Shown here: one piece after another, positions 20,989 to 30,739 of the stretch | Layout of the letters: each line of letters begins with the position of its first letter | How positions within the stretch are numbered: the stretch's first letter is position 1 | Source: an uncultured Candidatus Saccharibacteria bacterium | GTDB lineage: Bacteria; Patescibacteriota; Minisyncoccia; Phycocordibacterales; UBA1006 | NCBI GenBank assembly: GCA_964601935.1 | Contig: CAZROP010000001.1 | Location: 98,428 to 162,427 of the forward strand | DNA length: 64,000 nt | Direction of reading: 5' to 3' | Translations under genes and position numbers: made by a program | The notes under the pieces: generated by a model | The model's database searches: none | What the model saw: the letters and a program-made list of their open reading frames with translations, nothing else | Told to the model about the DNA's origin: nothing

Positions 20989-21127
20989 GCCTATCTGCCA
21001 GTAACATATCCACATTTCTGTGGACACCACTGAGCATGAACAGATTCCCACAACGATGAAGACGTACTGAATTCAACAATCTGACGAATAATTTTTTCCG
21101 TCTTCCAGACGCAGCGATAGCAGAGAT

Positions 21128-21156
21128 CTGGGATCCAGGATTCAATATACTTACAA
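21128..21156. repeat. 29-bp direct repeat, copy 1 (copy 2 at 22347..22375)
   Basis: CTGGGATCCAGGATTCAATATACTTACAA vs CTGGGACCCAGAATTCAATATACTTACAA (27/29). Confidence 0.8.
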
Positions 21157-21245
21157 CACAAAAGTTTATTTTCCTGCCCCTGAATTCTAGCTCGGAGACT
21201 AGGAAAACAAGGCGACATGAAACCTTAGGAAAGCTTGACCACCAA

Positions 21246-22247
21246 CTACACCACAGCCTCATACCGTGACCAGCGACGATCACCGTGGCGCACGATTGCC
21301 CCATCACTGAGTAAATCTATCAAAGCACGCTGCAGTGTCTTGTCAGAAGTTCCCGGAACGCCATCTGCGATCTCCTTGATCGATACAATACCATGCTCAC
21401 GTATATAACGCAGTATCGTCGCCCGTCGTTGCTCTATAGATGAGGGCAGTCCTGATTGTGGGCGCGGACGAGCCTCCAAACGAACCGAATTCTGCATGGA
21501 TCCCGTGAATGGGGGCTGCGCAGGATTACTGGATTCCGACAGGTTTTCTCCATACAAAGTATCCACCTGCTGCCCTGCTGCCCCTTCTCTACTACCGACC
21601 ACCTGTCCTGATTGGTCATCGCCATACTCAGGACGCACCTCCCTATCGAATGCACGTTCCGCCAATTCGTAATCCGGCGTTGCCACCAACGGAGATGAGA
21701 CATGCTTGCGTGTGGCGCGATCTGCAGTATCAGACGATTTGGAGCGCGAGCGCTTATCCATCGCGGGCTCGGAATCGAATAGCTCCATCATTTTCAGACG
21801 AATATCCTGTCGGTCGCGCGCTGCACCTGTTGCAGTATTCACGTCTCCTCGCACCAACATCATCGTGACGAAACGTGTCAGTTTTGTCAGCTCACGCTCT
21901 ATCAGCAACCCATTGATATCCGATATCGTACCTGTCGCACGCGCCACAGATATATAGGACATTATCTTATCGGACACAGTGAGTACGTGGTTCAATAGGA
22001 CAAACGGGGCCTGTGCCTTGTGTTCGTATGCGACAGCTATCAAATCATCTGCTGCAAGTCTCAAGGACACTTTCAGAGAAGTGTCATCCGACATGTGCTG
22101 AGTAACCAAATAGACACCCGTCGATATACGACGTGACATATCCGACAGTGATCGAGTCATATCGTCCTCTCGGCGAGAGAATGAATCAGAGATCATTTTG
22201 ATATCCGACATTATTTTCGCAACAATTGCCTGGTCATCGCTATTCAT
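21246..22247 (-). CDS. Protein with N-terminal helical bundle and C-terminal DeoR-like winged HTH
   Basis: C-terminal RRATILRYIREHGIVSIKEIA...SDKTLQRALIDL...GDRRWSRY; start taken at MNSDDQ. Confidence 0.8.
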   Translation of the reverse strand: MNSDDQAIVAKIMSDIKMISDSFSRREDDMTRSLSDMSRRISTGVYLVTQHMSDDTSLKVSLRLAADDLIAVAYEHKAQAPFVLLNHVLTVSDKIMSYISVARATGTISDINGLLIERELTKLTRFVTMMLVRGDVNTATGAARDRQDIRLKMMELFDSEPAMDKRSRSKSSDTADRATRKHVSSPLVATPDYELAERAFDREVRPEYGDDQSGQVVGSREGAAGQQVDTLYGENLSESSNPAQPPFTGSMQNSVRLEARPRPQSGLPSSIEQRRATILRYIREHGIVSIKEIADGVPGTSDKTLQRALIDLLSDGAIVRHGDRRWSRYEAVV

Positions 22248-22346
22248 ATAGCTGCCATTATGGCGCATAACTGTGGAAAAGTCTATTATACCTCCGCGAC
22301 AGGACGTGGTGGAATGATGACCTCTTCCATCTTCCCACACCCCGAG

Positions 22347-22375
22347 CTGGGACCCAGAATTCAATATACTTACAA
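22347..22375. repeat. 29-bp direct repeat, copy 2
   Basis: See 21128..21156. Confidence 0.8.
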
Positions 22376-22601
22376 AACTAGTGACTATCTTTCTAGTCCT
22401 GGATCACGGATCCCTGAGGCCCCGAGATGACGGAAACTTTGTGTTTTCAGGCAACTCTCTCCTTTGTAGGACGTGCAAAATAATGAGCGCTAGCGAGTAT
22501 GTTTTTGATGCTTGCGGGTGAGGTCTCTTTAACCATTCTATTCACACCACACCTGCCCAATACCCCAAAGATTACTGACGATAATGTTACACTATAGAGG
22601 T

Positions 22602-24914
22602 ATGCCGAAAAAACCAGGTCCCAAACCGCGACCCCGTCGCCCCCGAGAAGTAATCGACGAAGAATACAGCACTGACGATGCTAGCTATATTTATAAAAAT
22701 ATCGGGATCGCCTGTGTCTGTTTTGCCATCACAGGGTTATTCTATCTATCCCATACACATCAGGCAGGATTGTTGGGTGAATGGTTTCTGACCAATGCAC
22801 ACATATTCTTGGGCAAGATTGGATTTTATATCATCCCTATCATCACCACAGGAATGGGTATCATACATATATTATACAAGCACGAACGAGCACCTCTGCA
22901 TGTACCTGTAGGCACACTAATGCTAACAATAGGTACTCTGACAACGCTGTACACACTGGATCCATCACGTGATTGGGGTGGTTACGCAGGATCATTACTA
23001 GGCGATCCGTTACTCGTTGGTGCAGGCACCTATATTGCAACACTACTGGGCGTAGCTTTAGCTGTGGTCGGTATTATTATACTGCCCCGTGGTCGTGACA
23101 TACTCAGGCATATGGGCGGATGGTTTGAATCCAGTGCAACGTCATTGGCAGCAAATGCAAACCGCATAATGACTCGCCGCGCTTCTGCTGAAGGAGCCGA
23201 GGACGAAGAGATCATGGAATCTGAAGAGGAGTACGCGGATGAAGAGTATGAGAACGAAGCAGAGGACAGCGAAACAGTAGAGAGACCGATTCGTACAGGA
23301 ACGCGGTCAATGGATGCGATGCTTGCCGCAAAACAGCCCGAACCTCTCCAGATGAAAAAACCATCCCTCCCGGTTTCAGCATATGTTCCACCTGCTCTGT
23401 CGCTACTAGCACCAAGTGCCGGCAAAGCAAATGCAGGCGATGTTCAACACAACGGCGTGCTATTGAAACAGACTTTGCAGAATTTCAACATCAATGTAGA
23501 GATAGAGGAAATCACTACCGGACCATCAATTACCCGTTATGCCTTGCGCCCGTCTCAAGGCTTGAAACTGTCGCGCATATCACAACTCCGCAACGAACTA
23601 TCATTGGCACTTGCAGCACATCCTATTCGCATAGAGGCTCCCATCCCTGGACAGTCTTTGGTTGGTATTGAAATCCCAAACAAGGCCAAAGCAAAGGTTG
23701 GACTCCGCGAACTGATGGAGGACAAAACATTCCAAAAAGACCCTCGACCACTCACGATTGCAATCGGTCGCGGCGTCAGCGGTCGTGCATATTACGACAA
23801 TCTCGCAAAAATTCCTCACCTCCTGATTGCAGGAACTACCGGTTCGGGAAAATCTGTAGTTGCTCACAATATTATTCTGTCACTGCTGTATCGCAATGGG
23901 CCTGACAATTTGAAGTTCATCATGGTGGATCCAAAACGAGTGGAGTTAACACTGTACAATAATATACCTCACCTACTGACACCTGTTATCAAAGACGCAA
24001 AGAAAACAATAGTGGCATTACGATGGGCAGCCAAAGAAATGGATCGACGCTACCATACACTCGAACAACATGGGGTACGAGATATTCAGTCCTATCACGA
24101 AACAGTTGTGACACCTGCATATGAAGCGGCAGAGATAGAACGCAAGCGTGGCACTCCAGATGAAGAGATCGAGGTTCCCGAGCGTATGCCCTATATCGTA
24201 ATTATGATAGACGAGCTTGCCGACATCATGCAAGCATATCCGCGCGAGCTGGAATCCGGCATCGTACGTCTGGCACAGATGTCACGTGCAGTGGGCATAC
24301 ACCTGGTTATTTCTACCCAGCGCCCGAGCGTGAACGTCATTACTGGCCTGATAAAGGCAAACATCCCTGGGCGACTCGCTCTACGTGTAGCATCACAAAT
24401 AGATTCTCGCACTATTCTGGATAGTCCGGGCGCAGAGTCATTGCTGGGAGCAGGAGATGCATTATTCCAGGGTGAGGGCATGAGCAAGCCAGAACGCATT
24501 CAATCTGCGTTCGCATCTGAAGATGAAATAAAAAACATAGTAGCGGATATAATCAAAAATAACCGCGGATTCCCGCCCGAACTGATCGATATAGGAGATC
24601 AAGTTACCACAGAAGGCGCGATAGTTTCTGAACAGTATGGCGAATCGTTCAACGCCGGCGAGGAGGACGATGACACCATGTTTGCCGAAGCGCGCGATCT
24701 AGTCATCAAAACCCGCGTGGCGAGTACTAGTTTCTTGCAGCGTAAACTACGTGTTGGATATTCTCGTGCTGCACGATTGATAGACCTGCTGGAAGAACGA
24801 GGTGTTATCGGACCCTCACAGGGATCAAAACCACGCGAAGTGATGGGTACCGGGCACGCAGCAGATGATTCGAATAGCTATGAACAAGATAAAGAACCTG
24901 AATCGGACGAATAA
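22602..24914 (+). CDS. ftsK: DNA translocase FtsK/SpoIIIE
   Basis: N-terminal TMs, PHLLIAGTTGSGKS, IDELAD, TQRPS, gamma domain LQRKLRVGYSRAARLID. Confidence 0.97.
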   Translation: MPKKPGPKPRPRRPREVIDEEYSTDDASYIYKNIGIACVCFAITGLFYLSHTHQAGLLGEWFLTNAHIFLGKIGFYIIPIITTGMGIIHILYKHERAPLHVPVGTLMLTIGTLTTLYTLDPSRDWGGYAGSLLGDPLLVGAGTYIATLLGVALAVVGIIILPRGRDILRHMGGWFESSATSLAANANRIMTRRASAEGAEDEEIMESEEEYADEEYENEAEDSETVERPIRTGTRSMDAMLAAKQPEPLQMKKPSLPVSAYVPPALSLLAPSAGKANAGDVQHNGVLLKQTLQNFNINVEIEEITTGPSITRYALRPSQGLKLSRISQLRNELSLALAAHPIRIEAPIPGQSLVGIEIPNKAKAKVGLRELMEDKTFQKDPRPLTIAIGRGVSGRAYYDNLAKIPHLLIAGTTGSGKSVVAHNIILSLLYRNGPDNLKFIMVDPKRVELTLYNNIPHLLTPVIKDAKKTIVALRWAAKEMDRRYHTLEQHGVRDIQSYHETVVTPAYEAAEIERKRGTPDEEIEVPERMPYIVIMIDELADIMQAYPRELESGIVRLAQMSRAVGIHLVISTQRPSVNVITGLIKANIPGRLALRVASQIDSRTILDSPGAESLLGAGDALFQGEGMSKPERIQSAFASEDEIKNIVADIIKNNRGFPPELIDIGDQVTTEGAIVSEQYGESFNAGEEDDDTMFAEARDLVIKTRVASTSFLQRKLRVGYSRAARLIDLLEERGVIGPSQGSKPREVMGTGHAADDSNSYEQDKEPESDE

Positions 24915-25362
24915 TCACTGGCTCGCGATAGCTCGCACATGTTTGGTGATAGTGGGTATATTACTGATTGCATTCGTTGTAATGCAGTTTCGATCTGCAT
25001 GGCAAGGTCCTCTGATTTATATAGACTACCCCGTATCAGGGGAAACCGTATCATCTCCTATAATTACCATACGCGGATCAACCGCAAACGTAGCCCAGCT
25101 CTTTATCAATGGAGTTATTACTCCGGTAGAACTTTCTACCGAAAGATTTGTGTTCGAAACAGCGCTTCCTCCAGGAGCCAGCAATATCACCCTGGATGGG
25201 TATACGCGATCAGGTGATCACACACGGACCCTGGTACCTATATACTACAAACCACCTAATCTGATACGAACACTGTCCCCCGACTTAGAAGCAGTCTCGA
25301 ACCTCAATATTATCGAAACCCCGTTCCGCCCAACGAGCGATATCTTCGATGCTATACAGTAA
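24880..25362 (+). CDS. Membrane-anchored Ig-like domain protein
   Basis: One TM then GPLIYIDYP-x-G...TIRG...INGV beta-sandwich pattern. Confidence 0.65.
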   Translation: MNKIKNLNRTNNHWLAIARTCLVIVGILLIAFVVMQFRSAWQGPLIYIDYPVSGETVSSPIITIRGSTANVAQLFINGVITPVELSTERFVFETALPPGASNITLDGYTRSGDHTRTLVPIYYKPPNLIRTLSPDLEAVSNLNIIETPFRPTSDIFDAIQ

Positions 25363-25465
25363 CCACTGTACTCTAAACGTAGACACGCTATCGAAACCAT
25401 ATCGAAATACTTTTCATGATATGTCTACATTGATGCACCCAACCTCTGTGTTAGAATGGAGGCAT

Positions 25466-26602
25466 ATGAAAAAATCCAAGAAACCAGCAAGTGCCGCTGA
25501 ATCACTCGAGAACGAGGAAGAATTACAGGATGAAAACACAGAGCATGCTGAAGATAGCGAAGATACTTCACCAGCAAAAAAAGGCAAAAAAGCCGGTCGA
25601 AATACTGATGACGATCTAGCGGATACACTCAAAATGCTCCAGACCAAATTCGGTGACGGCGCAATTATGAAATTAGGCGAAGCCCCAAAGGTGTCCGTCG
25701 GTGCAATTTCTACCGGATCACTCGGGCTCGATTCTGCACTGGGCGTAGGCGGCTTACCCAAGGGTCGCATCATAGAAATATTCGGACCTGAGTCATCTGG
25801 TAAAACGACCCTGACCTTGCATGTAATTGCCGAGGCACAAAAAGCTGGCGGTGTATGCGCATTTATCGATGCTGAACACGCGCTCGACCCCGACTATGCA
25901 AAGAAATTAGGAGTAAAAACCCACGAACTGCTGGTGTCTCAGCCAGACAACGGCGAACAAGCATTGGAAATTTGTGAATCGCTCGTACGCAGCGGAAAGA
26001 TTGATGTAGTAGTAGTAGACTCTGTCGCAGCTCTGACTCCCCGTGATGAGATCGAGGGCGAAATGGGTGCACATCATGTGGGCAAGCAGGCGCGATTGAT
26101 GTCACAGGCATTACGTAAATTGACTGCCATTGTATCAAAATCCCACACCATTGTTATATTCATCAACCAGATTCGTATGCAGATCGGCGTGATGTTCGGT
26201 AACCCAGAAACAACACCGGGCGGTAAAGCGTTAAAGTTCTACACTAGTGTTCGTATTGATATTCGCAAAACTGCCCAAATCAAAAAAGGTGAAGAAGTGG
26301 TCGGCGCTCGTACAAAAGTAAAGGTAGTGAAGAACAAAGTATCCTCCCCGTTCCGCTCTACAGAATTTGATATCTTGTACGGAGAAGGTATCAGTCGCGA
26401 GGGTGAATTGTTAGCGCTCGGCGAAAAGTACAAACTTCTAACAAAGGCAGGTGCATCCTACAGCTATACTGACAGCAAAGGTACTGAACACAAGCTGGGT
26501 CGAGGATATGACGCTGCTCGTACTACCCTGCGTGAACAAAAAGATATCCAAAAAGACCTGACCAAACGCATTCGCGATGAACTGGCAAAAGAGTACGTAT
26601 AA
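25466..26602 (+). CDS. recA: Recombinase RecA
   Basis: [50 protein letters not shown]. Confidence 0.99.
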   Translation: MKKSKKPASAAESLENEEELQDENTEHAEDSEDTSPAKKGKKAGRNTDDDLADTLKMLQTKFGDGAIMKLGEAPKVSVGAISTGSLGLDSALGVGGLPKGRIIEIFGPESSGKTTLTLHVIAEAQKAGGVCAFIDAEHALDPDYAKKLGVKTHELLVSQPDNGEQALEICESLVRSGKIDVVVVDSVAALTPRDEIEGEMGAHHVGKQARLMSQALRKLTAIVSKSHTIVIFINQIRMQIGVMFGNPETTPGGKALKFYTSVRIDIRKTAQIKKGEEVVGARTKVKVVKNKVSSPFRSTEFDILYGEGISREGELLALGEKYKLLTKAGASYSYTDSKGTEHKLGRGYDAARTTLREQKDIQKDLTKRIRDELAKEYV

Positions 26603-26621
26603 TATCGACAAATCACACAAC

Positions 26622-26662
26622 AAAACACCAGCTACTACAACTATCAGTAGCTGGGTGTTTTT
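26622..26662 (+). terminator. Terminator after recA
   Basis: AAAACACCAGCTAC...GTAGCTGGGTGTTTTT hairpin. Confidence 0.75.
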
Positions 26663-26708
26663 GATAGAATTGGAAGAATATTTTAATACAAAATAAAATC
26701 TAATAGCG

Positions 26709-27374
26709 ATGCAACAAGTTAGCGAACCTATCGATTGGCGAGTTGTATTATATGCATCGCCAGAGAAGGTTGTGACACAAACAATGTCACAATTCAAAAA
26801 CCCATTCCTGAAATACCCAAAAAGAGGACAGAATAATCGCTACCAATCTTGGGTAAGCGACCTCAAAAACCAAACAGGTGTGTATGTCATAGGCTGGCAG
26901 ATCCACAGGAAATACGAACCTGTATTCTACATTGGCTGTAGTGCAAACTGGCTCTATACCACATTGGTTCAGCACTTTACAGGCAACTATGGGGTAGACT
27001 CGGCCTATGGCGTGGATCGACGACGCGCAATCGTGCGCCGATCAAAATACAGATCTTGCAGAGTGGTTGTGATTGATTGCCCCTTACATGTTGTTCGAGA
27101 ACTCGAACAAAGAATGATTTGGGCATTCCATCATTGCGGGTTCCAGATTATCAACAACTGGATACCTGAACCGCCTAGCAACCCCACACCTGCACAGATT
27201 CTTACATCCTACCCAACAGAGGAACACGAAGTGTTTGGGTGGTTGCGACAGGCACAAGCCTGCATAGCGCTTATGCAGCAACTACATGGACTAGAGACCG
27301 AACTTGTGCCTGGCATGCTCGCACTCAAGGAGTTGTACCACAATACACTACTGAAGGTAACGCCGCCGTTTTGA
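26709..27374 (+). CDS. GIY-YIG nuclease-like protein
   Basis: TGVYVI...FYIGCS...QH...LEQRMI...INN. Confidence 0.65.
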   Translation: MQQVSEPIDWRVVLYASPEKVVTQTMSQFKNPFLKYPKRGQNNRYQSWVSDLKNQTGVYVIGWQIHRKYEPVFYIGCSANWLYTTLVQHFTGNYGVDSAYGVDRRRAIVRRSKYRSCRVVVIDCPLHVVRELEQRMIWAFHHCGFQIINNWIPEPPSNPTPAQILTSYPTEEHEVFGWLRQAQACIALMQQLHGLETELVPGMLALKELYHNTLLKVTPPF

Positions 27375-27485
27375 TAGTGCATTCTGCACGTCAAAACGGC
27401 GTATTTTATTATACTGCTGTACAGAGAATGGATTTGCGAAGAGTTCTAGTAGTAGCACATCAACACACATGCTACACTGGTATAT

Positions 27486-27944
27486 ATGGGGACACTTCGT
27501 AGCACTCTTACAGGAATCATCGTCGGCAGTGCCGTGCTGGCGGTACTGTGGTATAACTACAGAGACAGATTCGCTGTAGACCTAACTCAGTTTAGAACAT
27601 CACAAAGCTGTGTAGAATCAGTCAACAAATCCGAAATCAAAACGCTTGCAGCATTCGAAGAAAAAGCAGTTTCTGTAATTTCTGGCACTAACCCTGCTGA
27701 AGCCAGTTCTAGCACCGTAAATCAGTCACACATTGACAGCTGGAAGCCATCATTAGAATCAATTTCATTGTTATTTGACACCAACGCACTCGTAAATCTG
27801 GGCATAGCACGCCTGCGACAGAGTATCGCCGAAAATCAACAGACCAATCCAGAATCGCTGGTAAATACCCAAAAAACAAAGCTTTCCAAGCTCTTTACCA
27901 CTGCGCGCACCTGGTGTGACACCTTGCCATCAGTCGCTAACTAG
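27486..27944 (+). CDS. Membrane-anchored hypothetical protein
   Basis: N-terminal TM, helical body, two Cys. Confidence 0.65.
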   Translation: MGTLRSTLTGIIVGSAVLAVLWYNYRDRFAVDLTQFRTSQSCVESVNKSEIKTLAAFEEKAVSVISGTNPAEASSSTVNQSHIDSWKPSLESISLLFDTNALVNLGIARLRQSIAENQQTNPESLVNTQKTKLSKLFTTARTWCDTLPSVAN

Positions 27945-27958
27945 TATAGTATCAATCC

Positions 27959-28561
27959 ATGAAGCAATCTGAACGAACTCGTATCAATGAGGGTATCCGT
28001 GCCAGCGAAGTCCGCGTGGTTGGCCCCGAGGGTAACCTGGGCGTATTGTCGTTATCGGTAGCGCTGGAGCGTGCCCGAGAATACGGAATGGATCTCATCG
28101 AGATCTCTCCGAACGCGCAACCACCCGTGTGCAAGATTATGGACTACGGAAAGTTCAACTACGAACAAAAACGCCACCTTCGAGAAAAACGTGCAAAGGA
28201 ACGCACCGCGACAGTAGAAATAAAATCAATCCAGATCAAGGTTGGAACCAGCGAGGGCGACATCAAAACAAAGATCAAGAAAATTGAAGAGTGGCTGGCC
28301 GAAGGCCAACGTATCAAGGTAGAGCTCTACCTACAGGGGCGCAGCAAGTATGTAGAAAAAACGTTTCTTCATGAGCGTATTCGCAAGTTCCTGGCACATA
28401 TTGAAACTCCCTACTCTATTGTAGATGGATTCAAGGAGGCGCCTAAAGGCATTTCCCTGATCATAGAAAGAAACAAAAAACTGAATCCAGGAAAGTCCGA
28501 AACCTCGCCTACAGAAGCAGTTAGCATCCCCGTTGAAGCGGCCGCTGAAACTATAGAATAA
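27959..28561 (+). CDS. infC: Translation initiation factor IF-3
   Basis: RINEGIRASEVRVV...DLIEISPNAQPPVCKIMDYGKFNYE. Confidence 0.97.
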   Translation: MKQSERTRINEGIRASEVRVVGPEGNLGVLSLSVALERAREYGMDLIEISPNAQPPVCKIMDYGKFNYEQKRHLREKRAKERTATVEIKSIQIKVGTSEGDIKTKIKKIEEWLAEGQRIKVELYLQGRSKYVEKTFLHERIRKFLAHIETPYSIVDGFKEAPKGISLIIERNKKLNPGKSETSPTEAVSIPVEAAAETIE

Positions 28562-28566
28562 ATATA

Positions 28567-28596
28567 AATAACACCTCCATATAGAGGTGTTATTTA
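28567..28596. terminator. Bidirectional terminator between infC and SIMPL gene
   Basis: AAATAACACCTC...GAGGTGTTATTT between convergent genes. Confidence 0.7.
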
Positions 28597-28610
28597 ATTT
28601 TGAGAATCTA

Positions 28611-29345
28611 TTATCGAATACCAAACGTTGCATTGGCACTAACCACAATATCCTTTTCTACGGTTGACGTATCATAGGTACCATAATCATCAACATTCTG
28701 GCTATTAGGTGCCAATACCTGTACTACACCAGCGCGAGCACTTTTCAGTGGGCCTACACGATCTCCGGAACTCTTTGCTATTTCGTTTGCACGTTCCCGC
28801 GCATCTGATACCGCCTTGCCCAGTAGCTCGCGGCGTTTTTCAGGAAGTTTTGAGTAATAGTATTCTACAGCATATGCCTGATACAAAACGTCATTCTGAA
28901 TAATAGTCGAGCTATTATCGGAAATCTTTTTTATCACAGCAAGATCATCTGACTGCACAGAAACAGACTGCTTGAAATCAAATTCTCGTGGAGCATTAGT
29001 GTTATTATTCCATACCTCACTGGCATATACTGAACCGAATGTTATATCGGACTCTTGTGCACCCTGGGCTTTGTAGTATTCCAAGACTTTTTTCTTGTAG
29101 TCTGCGATGCGCTTGTATCCCTGTTGGATTTGTGACGACGGCAAACGCACAGACATTTCTGCCGACATTTTTGCCATGTCAGCGGTAACACGCTCACGTG
29201 CAGACCCTGTTGATACAATAGTATTCTGCTCGGGAGTAATCCCCCAGAGACCAAACATAACCAATAAGCCTGCCAAACCGAGAGAGATAGCCACTATCAA
29301 TGCAGACATTGGACCGTCACGCTGTATTATAGATTGTAGAGTCAT
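28611..29345 (-). CDS. SIMPL domain protein
   Basis: TIVSTGSARERVTAD...AVSDARERANEIA...VVSANATF. Confidence 0.85.
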   Translation of the reverse strand: MTLQSIIQRDGPMSALIVAISLGLAGLLVMFGLWGITPEQNTIVSTGSARERVTADMAKMSAEMSVRLPSSQIQQGYKRIADYKKKVLEYYKAQGAQESDITFGSVYASEVWNNNTNAPREFDFKQSVSVQSDDLAVIKKISDNSSTIIQNDVLYQAYAVEYYYSKLPEKRRELLGKAVSDARERANEIAKSSGDRVGPLKSARAGVVQVLAPNSQNVDDYGTYDTSTVEKDIVVSANATFGIR

Positions 29346-29432
29346 AGAAATTAGATATAGGCTAGACCGCAGCGGAGTGACTACCCTACTGTTTAGTGTT
29401 TATAAGGAAAAACTCCAGAAGAACAAATCTGA

Positions 29433-30167
29433 TTATAGATTCTCTACCTTTGAACTGATGTCAGCACCAATGATGACCAAAACTTTTGCATTCACATCGA
29501 GCACTTTTTCTCCAGCTGGTAGAGCGGTTAGTACTTCAGCATCCTTTATCGTAGCTAATACTGATGCGGGCAATGGTGCGCCTGACAGATTTACAATAGT
29601 TGTTTTTGCATAGGCTGCATCACGTGCATTTCCAGTAGTAGGGACCGTGACCATAGGATCGACTGTCAGTTTTGCAGAAAGCTTCTTTGCCAGACCTGAT
29701 GTTGCGGTTCCATTGCGGATTTCTATACCGATCGGTGTAGTGGGTGCAGGTGTGGTTGTTGTAGCACCAGGAGTAGTAGTTGCTACACCACCAGGAGTCG
29801 TAGTAGCGCCTGGAGTAGTGGCAGTACCATCTGCAAATAGCTGAACATTAGAGGTAGGATCTACTGCGCCTGTCGTTATAATTTTATCGATAGACGGACG
29901 GTAGAGAATAACGAATTCTGGATACACTACGATGACGTCCCCTAGAGCAGCCTGTTTGAAAAACTGCTGACCGTTCAAACGCTCCAAAGTAGTGAGAGTC
30001 ACTAATTTAGGAGTAACCTCAGAAGGTACTAATACTTTACTCGTTATGCTCGCGAGCATATTTTCAGGCTTTTTTGTATTTCCTGACTGGGAATAAAACC
30101 AGTATCCTCCGACGAGAACGATAACCAAAAGGATGATAACTTTTATAGGTGATTGTGAGGTATTCAT
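29433..30167 (-). CDS. Membrane-anchored protein with LytR C-terminal domain
   Basis: IEIRNGTATSGLAKKL...VLVIIGAD; TTTPG linker repeats. Confidence 0.8.
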   Translation of the reverse strand: MNTSQSPIKVIILLVIVLVGGYWFYSQSGNTKKPENMLASITSKVLVPSEVTPKLVTLTTLERLNGQQFFKQAALGDVIVVYPEFVILYRPSIDKIITTGAVDPTSNVQLFADGTATTPGATTTPGGVATTTPGATTTTPAPTTPIGIEIRNGTATSGLAKKLSAKLTVDPMVTVPTTGNARDAAYAKTTIVNLSGAPLPASVLATIKDAEVLTALPAGEKVLDVNAKVLVIIGADISSKVENL

Positions 30168-30212
30168 ATACTGTGTGAATGAAATCTGACTAATGAATTG
30201 GATAATGATGGA

Positions 30213-30722
30213 CTAATTGGACTTTGGTAGTATAGCATCTTTTTCTGGCTCTGTCTCGACAGGATCAGGTTTGACCGCCTCTGGAGTACTACTGCCAGGT
30301 GCCCGTTCTGTGACATGGACGATACGGTCAAATTGTGGCGAATAAGCAATAACCCTATTCGGATATACCAATACCACATCACCAGCAGATATACCGACGA
30401 ATGTTGGATTTTGCTTTAGAAACGACGCAACATCATCCACTACCAGTATTTCTGGAGCGACATTGGGTAACACCATCAAACGTCCAGCTGCAGCCAGTAT
30501 TTGTTGGTATACTTGCTGTGACTGTGCTGCAGCCTGCTGTTCCTGAGCAGTCTGTAGCTGCTCTTTGGTTATCGGTTCGGGCGCCTTTGTAGGCAACAGA
30601 CTGGCCAGGACAAATACCACGGCAGCTATTACTATATAAAACAATAGTGATGATAGATATTGGGTCCAAGGGAATTTTTCCATAGTAAACATATTGTATA
30701 GCGAATCATACACAATTACCAC
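30213..30722 (-). CDS. Membrane-anchored protein, paralog of the N-terminal domain of 29433..30167
   Basis: GDVVLVYPNRVIAYSP vs GDVIVVYPEFVILYRP. Confidence 0.7.
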   Translation of the reverse strand: MVIVYDSLYNMFTMEKFPWTQYLSSLLFYIVIAAVVFVLASLLPTKAPEPITKEQLQTAQEQQAAAQSQQVYQQILAAAGRLMVLPNVAPEILVVDDVASFLKQNPTFVGISAGDVVLVYPNRVIAYSPQFDRIVHVTERAPGSSTPEAVKPDPVETEPEKDAILPKSN

Positions 30723-30739
30723 TCATCTATGTTGGTAAA

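Noticed and set aside
20981-21307. ORFs 20981..21307 and 20991..21218 as real genes
   Set aside because: No recognisable motifs; they overlap the wHTH gene end, a repeat and a promoter.
27421-27450. Possible displaced recA 3' end after the GIY-YIG gene
   Set aside because: Only weak similarity over about 20 nt and it needs a gap; could be chance.
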